Below are positions 33,605 through 42,583 of a DNA stretch of 64,000 nucleotides, piece by piece. Source of the stretch: an uncultured Rhodospirillaceae bacterium (GTDB lineage Bacteria > Pseudomonadota > Alphaproteobacteria > Rhodospirillales > UBA2165); NCBI GenBank assembly GCA_964566055.1, contig CAZMHI010000004.1:20053-84052 (forward strand), read 5' to 3'. The notes under the pieces are model-generated. The model was not told the origin of the DNA. It made no database searches and saw nothing but the letters and a program-made list of their open reading frames with translations. Position 1 is the first letter of the stretch. Each line of letters opens with the position of its first letter. The position numbers and the translations under genes are program-made.

Positions 33605-34582
33605 TTGATTATCGATTGGCAACATCACGCATCACCCAAAGTGTTTTTTGACCGCCGCGGCGGCAAAGCAGGTGCGCCGGTGATCCAGAACGGCAAGGTC
33701 AATCTGCGGCTGCGTCCCGAGGTCTACCAAATCGATATGCAGCTCGACTATATGGATGCTGCCGGTATTGATATCTCGGTGCTGTCGGCGACCCTGGAAA
33801 ATCATGATGATTGCTCAATTACCAGTGAATTCTACGCCGAAGTTGTGAGCGATCATCCGGACCGCTTTGTCTGTCTGGCGCCTTGTTTACCGCTGCACGG
33901 ACCGGAAGCGCTTACCGAGCTTAAACGCGCCATCACTGATTTGGGCCTGAAAGGCGTGGTGATCTCACCGCAGAATGGCGGCGAGGCGATGGATTCCAAA
34001 AAAATGTGGCCGTTCTATGAATTGGTGCAAAAGCTCGATGTGCCGATCTTCGTGCATATATCCGGCGTGCCGGTTGGCTATGACGCGCTCGAAGCCGACT
34101 GGAACATCAATGTAACTATGACCCGGGAGTTCGATGTCGCCTCCAACGCTATCCGTCTGGTCAATGGCGGTGTGCTGACCGAGTTTCCTGAACTGAATTT
34201 CGTTATCGCTCATTTCGGCGGCGGCGTCTCCTCGATTTACGAACGGGTCGAGCGATACGTCGATTCCTGGGGAGATCGTTTCTGGGAAGACCAAGGCGGC
34301 AAAGCACCTTTCGCCCAACCTTATAAACAAAGTTTCCGGGAGGCCTTTGACCGGCTCTATTTTGATATGGCGGGATTTGAAGGTGGCATGAACGCCGTCA
34401 ATTGTGCGCTTACGACCATTCGCCCGGACCGCCTGCTCTTCGCGACCGATTATCCCTACAATTTTTCCGACGATCCGGAAATGGTGAAGCACTATGTCGA
34501 GAACATCCGTGCGCTAGATCTGGCGCCGGAAATTATCGATGACATTCTGGGCGGCACAGCGGCCCAGCTTTTGAAACTCTAA
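33605..34582 (+). CDS. Amidohydrolase-2 (ACMSD/LigW-like) family protein, second copy
   Basis: 325 aa with a TTG start after GGGAG. IDWQHH... at the N-terminus and FATDYPYN near the C-terminus are amidohydrolase_2 decarboxylase-type features. Confidence 0.7.
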   Translation: MIIDWQHHASPKVFFDRRGGKAGAPVIQNGKVNLRLRPEVYQIDMQLDYMDAAGIDISVLSATLENHDDCSITSEFYAEVVSDHPDRFVCLAPCLPLHGPEALTELKRAITDLGLKGVVISPQNGGEAMDSKKMWPFYELVQKLDVPIFVHISGVPVGYDALEADWNINVTMTREFDVASNAIRLVNGGVLTEFPELNFVIAHFGGGVSSIYERVERYVDSWGDRFWEDQGGKAPFAQPYKQSFREAFDRLYFDMAGFEGGMNAVNCALTTIRPDRLLFATDYPYNFSDDPEMVKHYVENIRALDLAPEIIDDILGGTAAQLLKL

Positions 34583-34598
34583 AAAGGGAGATTGCCCC

Positions 34599-36134
34599 AT
34601 GACTGAAGCAACCAAAACAGCGCCTGTCGATGCCGATATGGCCCTTGGCGCCATGACTGGTGAACGCTATATCAAAAGTCTGCAGGATGACCGCGAAGTC
34701 TTTATCGATGGCGAGCAAGTTAAAGATGTTACCAAGCACCCGGCCTTTACCGGCATCATCAATGAAATGGCCCGTCTCTATGATTTGCAGAACAGCGATG
34801 AATATAAAGACGAAATGACCTTCGTTGATCCTGCGTCGGGGGTACGCTCTTCGGTTTCCTGGATGGTGCCGAAATCAGCCGATGATCTGAAACGCAAACG
34901 CCGCAACAGCCAAATTTGGAACCAGCAAACCTGGGGGCAGCTTGGCCGCTCTCATGATATTCTGGCGCCCTATATTATCGGTGCGCTCAACCGCAAGGAT
35001 CTCTTCAGCGAGGTTAAGCATGACAAATGTGATTTTGGTGAGAATCTCGAGAATTATTATAACTACTGCATGAAGAACGATCTGTTTCTGACCCATGCGC
35101 TGGGTGATCCGCAAGTGGATCGCAGCGCCACGGCGCAGAATGAGAAGCAAAAAACCCAGGAAGATTTGGAAGTCGCTTTGCATGTGGTCGAGGAAACCGC
35201 CGACGGCGTGATTGTGACCGGCGGTAAGCAGCTCTCAACGGCAGCCACCCATGCCAATGAATGCTACATTTCATTATCAGCGACGTTTGCCCGCCGCAAT
35301 GATCCAAACTGCGTGCTGGCCTTCTCCATTCCGCAAAACACACCCGGCCTGAAAGCGCTGGCCCGTGAGCCGAATTCCCGCTGGTTCGGGTCTTGGGGAC
35401 ATCCTTTGCAAAATCTTGATGAGCAGGATTGTATGCTGTTCTTTGATAACGTTTTGGTGCCTTGGGACCGCCTGTTTATGCTCTATGATCCCTCGCCGAT
35501 GGCGAAAATTCTGGGTGCCGGCGGCGGCAGTGTGAACTTTAATTTCTTGGGCTGGGCCAATTTGTGCCGGGCTGAAGAACGCATGAAGCTGATCACGGCG
35601 GTAGCCACCATGGTGGCCGAATCTATCGGTGTTATCCAATACCGCGAAGTTGCCTCCAAGCTTGGTGAGCTGGTGACCTATTGTCACGTTTGGGATCACG
35701 CCATGGAAGGCGTCGAGCATGAAGCGATTGAATCGCCGAGCGGCCAGTGGTCCCTGGGCCATGCCCGTGGCCTGCATATTTGGTTTGCTCAGGTTTCCGG
35801 GCGGATGCTTGAAATCCTGCGCGAGATTTGCGGCGCCGGCATCACCATGCAGCCGAGCGAAAAAGACCTCGCCAATCCGGACATCCGCCAATATCTCGAT
35901 AAATATATGCGCGGTAAGGATTGCGATGTTGAGTATAAGTCACGGCTCTTCCGTCTGGCCCACGATCTGGCAGCCTCTTCCTTCGGCCTGCGCCAGGATA
36001 TTTACGAATACTGGCACGGTGGCGATCCGAGCCGCAACCGCATCAATCTGCTGAACGGCTATGATCAAAGCGAGATCATGGACCGTGTGAAAGACTTGAT
36101 CAGCCGGCCCCTGCCGCATGGTGTTGAGAAGTAG
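34599..36134 (+). CDS. HpaB-family flavin-dependent aromatic monooxygenase, oxygenase component
   Basis: 511 aa. GERYIKSLQDDREVFIDGEQVKDVTKHPAF...ARLYDLQ and THALGDPQVDRS parallel the Thermus HpaB blocks (GAEYIEALK..., THALTNPQVNR). No reductase component is adjacent. Confidence 0.8.
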   Translation: MTEATKTAPVDADMALGAMTGERYIKSLQDDREVFIDGEQVKDVTKHPAFTGIINEMARLYDLQNSDEYKDEMTFVDPASGVRSSVSWMVPKSADDLKRKRRNSQIWNQQTWGQLGRSHDILAPYIIGALNRKDLFSEVKHDKCDFGENLENYYNYCMKNDLFLTHALGDPQVDRSATAQNEKQKTQEDLEVALHVVEETADGVIVTGGKQLSTAATHANECYISLSATFARRNDPNCVLAFSIPQNTPGLKALAREPNSRWFGSWGHPLQNLDEQDCMLFFDNVLVPWDRLFMLYDPSPMAKILGAGGGSVNFNFLGWANLCRAEERMKLITAVATMVAESIGVIQYREVASKLGELVTYCHVWDHAMEGVEHEAIESPSGQWSLGHARGLHIWFAQVSGRMLEILREICGAGITMQPSEKDLANPDIRQYLDKYMRGKDCDVEYKSRLFRLAHDLAASSFGLRQDIYEYWHGGDPSRNRINLLNGYDQSEIMDRVKDLISRPLPHGVEK

Positions 36135-36157
36135 GAACATCTGAAACGGATTAAAGG

Positions 36158-36194
36158 CGCCGGGAGGGTCGAGAGATGCTCCCGGCGTTTTTTT
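36158..36194 (+). terminator. Rho-independent terminator
   Basis: CGCCGGGAG-(12 nt)-CTCCCGGCG, a perfect 9-bp stem followed by TTTTTTT (36188-36194). It lies between convergent genes. Confidence 0.75.
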
Positions 36195-37776
36195 ATTCCC
36201 CGACGGCTTTCGCCATCAAAGCTGCCGTTTCTGCTGGCGCATTATTACCGCACCAAACGACGTAGTGGTCCGGGCGGATCAGGATGTAGCGGCTCTCATA
36301 AGCCTCGCGGGGTCCGGCGAAGGTGTCGCGGATGATACTGAACGGGATATTTTGTGCTTGAGCAGCGGTTTCGAAAGCGCTGGTCACCGAGTCTTCGCCA
36401 TCCAATGACAAAAGCGAAAAGTCATTGCTAAGCTCTTCATAAATATTTTTACCGGACGACATTTCAAGCGGCGCCAGATGGTGTCCGGCCTGAGCTTTAA
36501 AAGTATGCTTGCCATGGGCCGAGCAAACGCCACCTTCTGGGCCATCTATCACGCCCGAGCCTTCGTAGTTGGGCTCATAGCTTAGCATAGTTCCCTTGGC
36601 GCCGGCCTTTCTATCCTCCCAGGCTTTAAGAAAGGCGTCCAAGTCTTTATCCGGATTGTAGGTCGACAGAAATTGATTTTCGCGTTCGATGCCGGTGGCG
36701 ATAAAATCCTCACCGGTTTCTTTGAAAATCGGATGGCGCTCGACGCTGTAGGAGTCGAGCAGGGCCTCGCCGCCCCAACCCTGCAATACGCCAGCAAGCT
36801 TCCAGCCGAGATTGCGCGCATCTTCAAGCCCGTTATTGACGCCAAAGCCGCCATAAGGCGGGTGGGAGTGAGCGGCATCTCCGGCGATGAAAACCCGGCC
36901 GACCTGATAGGTCTCGGCGACGGCGACCCGCAAATCCCAAAATCCGACATGGTCAAACTCGCAAGCGAACTCAAAACCGGCGGCTTTTTGGATCAAGGCT
37001 TTAAAATCATAGTTATCGACAGTAGTATCCATCGGCACCGGGGCATGGAAAAACCAGCCTTCGCCGACATCGATGCGGCCAAAAAACTGCCAATAGCCGT
37101 TCAGTTCCGGGTCCATGGCGCGGTAGGTGCTGCGTTCGGGAAAGCGTTTGAGACCTTCATGCAGCTCTTTCGAACGGAAGACCGCCAGCACCATTTTCTG
37201 ATCAAAGTCGGAGCCTTTGCGTTCAATACCGATGGCATCCCGCACCATCGAATGAGCGCCATCGCAGCCGACCAGATAATCCCCTTCGAGGGTCTGGCTT
37301 TCCTCGCCGTCCTCTATCTTGATGATGACACTGACACCGCTTTCATCCTGCTCTAAGGCCTCGGCTTTCCAGCCGAAATACGTTTCGACCTCTGGCATTT
37401 CTGCCACTTTTTTCTGCAGCACTTCTTCCATGCAATATTGCGGCATCCGTTCATTGGCCTGAAAGAAAAAATCTTTGACCAATTCGCGCTGGGGCGGGGA
37501 ATACCAATACTTGCTCATTAAATTGCCATAGGCGACGATGCCGCCAATCGGGGATTTGGCCGGCATGACCCGGGCAGCGCGCATTTCTTTGATGATACCC
37601 CAGCTATCGAAGTGATCGAGCGTGCGCTGCATCAGATTTTGGCCTTTGGGGATGCGATGGGGCTCGGTGCGGCGCTCGATGATGGCAGATGAAATACCCC
37701 GCAAGCCAAGTTCAATGGCGAGGCCCATTCCGACCGGCCCGCCGCCGACAATCAAAACCTGTTGCCGATAGCTCAT
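36193..37776 (-). CDS. FAD-dependent aromatic-ring hydroxylase (PheA/TfdB/MhpA/PcpB-type group A monooxygenase)
   Basis: 527 aa. It has the dinucleotide fold VLIVGGGPVGMGLAIELGLRG, the motif FIAGDAAHSHPPYGGFGVNNGLEDARNLGWKL and a C-terminal Trx-like extension. Confidence 0.85.
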   Translation of the reverse strand: MSYRQQVLIVGGGPVGMGLAIELGLRGISSAIIERRTEPHRIPKGQNLMQRTLDHFDSWGIIKEMRAARVMPAKSPIGGIVAYGNLMSKYWYSPPQRELVKDFFFQANERMPQYCMEEVLQKKVAEMPEVETYFGWKAEALEQDESGVSVIIKIEDGEESQTLEGDYLVGCDGAHSMVRDAIGIERKGSDFDQKMVLAVFRSKELHEGLKRFPERSTYRAMDPELNGYWQFFGRIDVGEGWFFHAPVPMDTTVDNYDFKALIQKAAGFEFACEFDHVGFWDLRVAVAETYQVGRVFIAGDAAHSHPPYGGFGVNNGLEDARNLGWKLAGVLQGWGGEALLDSYSVERHPIFKETGEDFIATGIERENQFLSTYNPDKDLDAFLKAWEDRKAGAKGTMLSYEPNYEGSGVIDGPEGGVCSAHGKHTFKAQAGHHLAPLEMSSGKNIYEELSNDFSLLSLDGEDSVTSAFETAAQAQNIPFSIIRDTFAGPREAYESRYILIRPDHYVVWCGNNAPAETAALMAKAVGE

Positions 37777-37791
37777 TGAATTCCCCTCTGG

Positions 37792-38526
37792 TTACGCCTC
37801 GCTATCCAGCTCCGGATAATGGCGGAACACACCCATGGTGTTGAACGGAATGCGCCGCTCGGAGGCTAAATAGGCCGCCGTATTTGGCCGTTCCGCCACC
37901 GCCTCATGAAGCGCGATCATCTGCGGATAATTGCCTTCAACTTTAGCAAAGGCCTTGGGGAATGCATAGCGGAGCCCTTCCACAATCTGGAATAACGACA
38001 AATCGGGATAGGTGAGGGCGTCACCAATCAGCCAGCCTGATTTGGCTGGATTGTTGGCAAGTATGCTTTCGTAATAGCCCATATGTTTGGGAATACGATG
38101 CTCGATGAAATTGGCGGCGCGTTTTTTAGATTCTTCGACCTGATCCTCGTAATAAAGCGCGCTGGCAATCGGATGATGGGTGTCGTGCACCTCCATCAAT
38201 AAATCCGTCACCGTGAGCTGAAGCTGATGGGCGAACACTTGATCCGCTTCGCTCTTAGGCGCGAGGCCGATCTTGGGCGCAAGGTAGTTCAGAATATTGG
38301 CGGCCTGTGCGATGGTCACATCACCATCGATCAGGAAAGGCGGTGCGAAGGGTGGGCGGGTCTGACTGGCATCTTGCAGGATTTCCAATATTGCTGCCCG
38401 GTTGTCTTCTTGTTCGCTTGGCAAGCGGGCGACATCAACGTAGTCGGCGCCGGCTTCTTCAAGGGCCAGGCGCACAACTTCACCCCGTCCCTGGATCATC
38501 GGCCAGTAATAGAATTGGTACGCCAT
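37792..38526 (-). CDS. Glutathione S-transferase family protein (Tyr-type N-terminus resembling alpha/mu/pi/sigma classes)
   Basis: 244 aa. The N-terminus YQFYYWPMIQGRGEVVRLALEEAG resembles the Y(F/W)xxRGRxExxR pattern. Its ATG directly abuts the upstream stop (TAGATG). Confidence 0.65.
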   Translation of the reverse strand: MAYQFYYWPMIQGRGEVVRLALEEAGADYVDVARLPSEQEDNRAAILEILQDASQTRPPFAPPFLIDGDVTIAQAANILNYLAPKIGLAPKSEADQVFAHQLQLTVTDLLMEVHDTHHPIASALYYEDQVEESKKRAANFIEHRIPKHMGYYESILANNPAKSGWLIGDALTYPDLSLFQIVEGLRYAFPKAFAKVEGNYPQMIALHEAVAERPNTAAYLASERRIPFNTMGVFRHYPELDSEA

Positions 38527-39135
38527 CTAACTATGCGACCAGTTGTCGGGATCATCGGAATCGTTAGGCGACAATCCTAAAATGTCTCCCTCGGTTGAGC
38601 AGCCGAGACCCACGACCGTGCGGTTGGCATAAGCGAAATAGGAGACCAACTGGTTGATTTCCAGAATCTCACCATCATCATAGCCGGCATCCCGCATGTC
38701 TTTCACCAACTGCTCCGGCATGTCAGTGACGTCGACGGTGAGAGCTCTCGCATAACGTAGTGCCGCCGCTTCCTGATCTGAGAACACGCCTTCAAATTGA
38801 TCGGTCTCCAAGGCTGCTCGAATGGCAGTCGAAAGTTCTTCATTATCCAGCAAACGCGTTAGACCCGCGAAATGATGCTCGACACAATAATGACAATTGT
38901 TGAGATGACTGACATAAACGCCGAGAGTTTCCAGAAACCACTTGGGCACCTGATTGGCCGAATGATGGATGACATACTTATAAATGGTCATATGCGCCTC
39001 CATCGTGTGCGGACGGAGGCTGTGCATCATCATGATATTATCGACGTTATTATCGGGGCCTTTCACTTTGTCATAAAGCGATTTCAGGCGGCCTTCAGCA
39101 TCGTCGTAGTCGACGACATCAATCCATGGGGTCAT
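38527..39135 (-). CDS. AhpD-like / carboxymuconolactone decarboxylase-family protein (uncharacterised peroxidase-related enzyme type), Cys form
   Basis: 202 aa with the CxxC redox motif in the context LGVYVSHLNNCHYCVEHH. It lies 11 nt downstream of the peroxiredoxin gene. Confidence 0.75.
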   Translation of the reverse strand: MTPWIDVVDYDDAEGRLKSLYDKVKGPDNNVDNIMMMHSLRPHTMEAHMTIYKYVIHHSANQVPKWFLETLGVYVSHLNNCHYCVEHHFAGLTRLLDNEELSTAIRAALETDQFEGVFSDQEAAALRYARALTVDVTDMPEQLVKDMRDAGYDDGEILEINQLVSYFAYANRTVVGLGCSTEGDILGLSPNDSDDPDNWSHS

Positions 39136-39146
39136 TCGTACTTCCT

Positions 39147-39590
39147 TTAAAGTGAGGCTAAATCAGCCAGTACCTGATCCGGATGCTCCGCCGGTGTCAC
39201 TGTCTCATACGCTTTGGCCACCGACCCATCCGGTGCAACCAGTACCGATATCCGGCTGGCATTGCCGGTATCCGAGGTGACGACGCCATAAGCTGTCGAG
39301 GCCGCTCGATCCCCATCTGTTAACAGATCATACGGAAAGTCGAACTTGTCTTTGAACGCTTTGTTATCGGCGTTGCTGTCGAAACTCACCCCGAGAATGA
39401 CACAATTTTTATCATTAAAGTCTTGGATTCGATCACGGAACCCATTGCCTTCGATGGTTCAACCTGGTGTATCGGCTTTGGGATACCACCAGAGCAAAAC
39501 ATATTTGCCCGAAAAGTCATCAAGCGACACAGCCGCGCCGTCTTGATTGGTAAAGGAAAAGGCCGGAGCCTGCTCACCTGCTGCTATCAT
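39147..39590 (-). CDS. Bcp-type peroxiredoxin with an in-frame UGA (predicted selenocysteine) at the peroxidatic position
   Basis: ORF-track pieces 39459..39653 and 39147..39389 are in the same frame. Read through TGA (39459-39461) the protein is MIAAGEQAPAFSF...YVLLWWYPKADTPG-U-TIEGNGFRDRIQDFNDKNCVILGVSFDS..., 147 aa. The UGA aligns with the Cys of the PGCT Prx motif. RBS AGGTGG lies upstream of ATG 39590. Confidence 0.7.
39425..39443 (-). other. Candidate bacterial SECIS hairpin for the peroxiredoxin UGA
   Basis: The mRNA reads GGGUUC-CGUGAUC-GAAUCC (6 bp including one G-U pair, 7-nt loop containing GU). It begins 16 nt after the UGA codon. An alternative stem GAACCAU/AUG(G)GUUC overlaps the UGA. 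Confidence 0.35.
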
Positions 39591-39797
39591 GGTTTTGTTC
39601 CACCTTTCTATTTTTGAAATAAGCCAAAAAAGTGCCCTGAGTAAATGTCTCATCCAACCAGCTTAGCGCGCTGCCATGCGTTGTAAAGACCGCTCTGAGA
39701 TTCAAGTTGACTCTGAATCGGCCTACGCTAAAGTATGTTTAGATACTAAATCAATGTTTTATATATGAAACGTTCTGGTACCTAAAGGTATTCATAA

Positions 39798-40619
39798 ATG
39801 CTCGATAGCCCCAACAATTATCGCATTGAATATCGTGGCGTTGGCAAGCAATTCGTCAACACCCAGCCGAATGCCAGTGATGAATTTATCATTGCTGTGA
39901 GAAAAGTTGATTTAGCGGTTCGTGACGGCGAGGTGGTGTCATTGATCGGCCCGAGCGGTTGCGGCAAATCAACCTTGTTAAATATGGGCTCAGGGCTCTA
40001 TCAACCGAGCGCCGGTGATGTTTATGTTGATCAGGAGATAGTTGACCGTCCGAACGCCCATGTCGGCTTCATGCTGCAGAAAGACTTGCTGCTGGCGTGG
40101 CGCACCATTCGGAAAAATGTTGAGTTTGGCTTGGAAATTCAAGGTGTGCCGGCGAGTGTTCGTCACGAGCGTTCTTCCGACTTGCTGGAGAAATGCCGTC
40201 TCAGCGGATTTGAAGATCACTATCCTCATCAGTTATCCGGTGGTATGCGCCAACGCGCGGCGCTGGCTAGAACGCTGGCCGCTGAACCAAGTGTGTTGCT
40301 GCTGGATGAGCCGTTTTCGGCCCTTGATGCCCAGACCAAAATGATATTGCAGCAGGATTTAGCGGAAACTCTCGCAGCTGAGAAAAAAACCGCCCTTTTT
40401 ATTACCCATGATCTCGCGGAATCAGTCGCTTTGTCTGACCGCGTTTTTGTGATGAGTCAACGGCCCGGAACGATAATTGAGGAAATCGATATCGATTTGC
40501 CACTCCGGGAAAATCCGATGGCTCGCCGGCAAGAATTACAGAAAGACGTTGGCGACTATGTCTCCCGTCTGATGGAACTATTGCATGTCGGTGAATTGGC
40601 ATCGGAAGTAGAAATTTAG
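39798..40619 (+). CDS. ABC transporter ATP-binding protein (NitT/TauT aliphatic sulfonate/nitrate/taurine family type)
   Basis: 273 aa. Walker A GPSGCGKST, signature LSGGMRQR, Walker B LLLDEPFSALD. Confidence 0.9.
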   Translation: MLDSPNNYRIEYRGVGKQFVNTQPNASDEFIIAVRKVDLAVRDGEVVSLIGPSGCGKSTLLNMGSGLYQPSAGDVYVDQEIVDRPNAHVGFMLQKDLLLAWRTIRKNVEFGLEIQGVPASVRHERSSDLLEKCRLSGFEDHYPHQLSGGMRQRAALARTLAAEPSVLLLDEPFSALDAQTKMILQQDLAETLAAEKKTALFITHDLAESVALSDRVFVMSQRPGTIIEEIDIDLPLRENPMARRQELQKDVGDYVSRLMELLHVGELASEVEI

Positions 40620-40676
40620 TCAACAGGGAAAACCAACTACAAATATTTTATCTGTTTAACAATGGAGGTATCTAAA

Positions 40677-41600
40677 ATGTTACATCAAAATAAGCTTCTA
40701 AAATTACTGGCCGTACCAGTTTTGGCGGTTGGTACTCTCATCGCTACCGCACCGGCGCAAACTGCCGCGGCGAAAGACGTCACCTATTTACTACCTGCAC
40801 CTGGCTTCCTGCCGGCTTTTGCTCCTTGGATGCTGGCGCAGGCCCGTGGCTATTACAAAGCCGAAGGCCTCAATGTAAAATTTCAGACGGCTCGCGGCGG
40901 TGTAGATGTGGCCAAACAAGTTGGCGCCGGCAACGCTGTAGTCGGCGGTGGTCTTGGTGATACGCCTATTATTGTGCGCCCTAATGGCATTCCGGTAAAA
41001 GCAGTTGCCGTTTTGGGTGGCCGTTCATTGATGCAATTGGTGACCCGCAATGACCGGGGTATCAAATCGCTTAAAGACCTCAAAGGTAAAACCATTACGT
41101 CGATATCACTGCAAGACACCACTTACTATGCCCTGCTGGGTATGCTAGCGACCGCGGGTCTGACCAAAAACGATGTTAAAGCCCAAGCTGCGGGCCCGGT
41201 TGGCGTCTGGAAACTTTTCCTTGCCGGTAAATCTGATGCCATGGCGGCCGTACCAGATTGGATTGGCATTGCGAGGGGAGCCAAGGTGAAGCTCACAATT
41301 TGGCCGGCCGATGATCATTTCAAAAGTATGGCTCAAGCGATCCTTGCAGCGGATAAAACCATCAAGGAGAATCCGCAACTGATTGGAAAACTTGTGCGGG
41401 CCACGCTCAAAGGTTTGAAAGACATCATGAAGGACTCAGATGGAGTAATTGCCGATTACATCAAACATGTTCCAAAAAACAAAGGCAAAGAGAAATACCT
41501 TTCCGGCGTGTTTAAGCTCTACAACAAATATGTCTATCCGGGACAGAAAACTGTCGGCGAGATGGATCGCGCGCGTTTGAAAGCATTGCAGGAGTTCTAG
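40677..41600 (+). CDS. ABC transporter periplasmic substrate-binding protein (NMT1/SsuA-like)
   Basis: I prefer ATG 40677, with GGAGG 7 nt upstream. It has a signal peptide (LLKLLAVPVLAVGTLIATAPAQTAAA). Gene order places it between the ATPase and the permease. Confidence 0.7.
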   Translation: MLHQNKLLKLLAVPVLAVGTLIATAPAQTAAAKDVTYLLPAPGFLPAFAPWMLAQARGYYKAEGLNVKFQTARGGVDVAKQVGAGNAVVGGGLGDTPIIVRPNGIPVKAVAVLGGRSLMQLVTRNDRGIKSLKDLKGKTITSISLQDTTYYALLGMLATAGLTKNDVKAQAAGPVGVWKLFLAGKSDAMAAVPDWIGIARGAKVKLTIWPADDHFKSMAQAILAADKTIKENPQLIGKLVRATLKGLKDIMKDSDGVIADYIKHVPKNKGKEKYLSGVFKLYNKYVYPGQKTVGEMDRARLKALQEF

Positions 41601-41696
41601 GTTGGCCAAGGTGTCTTGCGTAAATCCTCAAAGCTTGACGATCTCTATACCAATCAGTTCGTCAACTAAGTCAAATAAGAGCCGAAGAAGCAGATC

Positions 41697-42497
41697 ATGT
41701 CTGATACAGCCAAGCCGAAAACCAACGGAAATCAGGGCAGCATCGGTGCCAGTATTGCCGTTGCCGTTGTTTTCCTCATCGGTTGGGAATGGGGACCGGG
41801 ATTTTTCAACATTCCGCCCTATATCATCCCGTCTGCTTCTTCGGTTTATTTTGAATTTTTTGATGCCATCGAACGGGAAAATCTGCTCGTTCACACCGGC
41901 ATTACTTTGCTGGAAACGATTGCCGGCTTTATCATTGGCTCCCTGATGGGCATGATCATCGGCTATATCCTGGGAATATCGCCGAAAGCGGAGTTTGTTT
42001 TCTCACCCTATATTTTAGCCTTGCAGATTGCGCCAAAGGTGGCTTTTGCGCCGCTGTTTGTTGTCTGGTTTGGCTTTACAGTTTATCCGAAAATTCTGGT
42101 TGCCGTGTTGATCGTATTTTTCCCGATCATGGTGAATGTATTAGGCGCCGTTCGCAGGGTTGATCCGGATATGGTTAATCTTGCCCGAACCTTTAATGCC
42201 ACGCGCTGGCAAATATTTAAAATGATCGAATTTCGGGACGCCATGCCGCCTCTGTTCTCCGGTCTGCGCATCGGGGCCACTTTGGCCATCATTGGTGTCG
42301 CGGTCGGTGAAATGATGGGCGGCAGCCAAGGACTTGGCGCGGTGCTGATTTTCGGCGGCGGGTCTGGCAATACAGCCCTGACGTTTGTCGCCATTATCAT
42401 GCTGACTTTTGTCGGTATCTTGGCTTATGTCGCCGTCGTCATCGTAGAAAAGCGTGTGCTGCACTATCTGCCGCGCAGTGAGTTTAATTCAGTTTAG
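41697..42497 (+). CDS. ABC transporter permease (binding-protein-dependent transport family)
   Basis: 266 aa, polytopic and hydrophobic, with an EAA-like loop region (NLARTFNATRWQIFKMIEFRDAMPPLFSGLRIG). Confidence 0.85.
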   Translation: MSDTAKPKTNGNQGSIGASIAVAVVFLIGWEWGPGFFNIPPYIIPSASSVYFEFFDAIERENLLVHTGITLLETIAGFIIGSLMGMIIGYILGISPKAEFVFSPYILALQIAPKVAFAPLFVVWFGFTVYPKILVAVLIVFFPIMVNVLGAVRRVDPDMVNLARTFNATRWQIFKMIEFRDAMPPLFSGLRIGATLAIIGVAVGEMMGGSQGLGAVLIFGGGSGNTALTFVAIIMLTFVGILAYVAVVIVEKRVLHYLPRSEFNSV

Positions 42498-42583
42498 TTT
42501 TGCAGTTAAAAAGTCGTCATTAGTTGAGGGCATTAAATGACTGAAGTGACCAAAATTAACCCGCTTGAGCTTCGAGGAGGCTG

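Noticed and set aside
39147-39653. Reading the two peroxiredoxin fragments as a nonsense-mutated bcp pseudogene. The same idea was considered for 51671-52291 and for a 5'-truncated selD.
   Set aside because: All three interruptions are single TGA codons that fall exactly on the redox-active Cys position of the family motif (PGCT, CxxC, GxGCGCK-like). The reading frames are otherwise intact with normal conservation downstream. Each is followed by a hairpin. selD itself is present. Three independent nonsense mutations at catalytic Cys codons is far less likely than Sec recoding.
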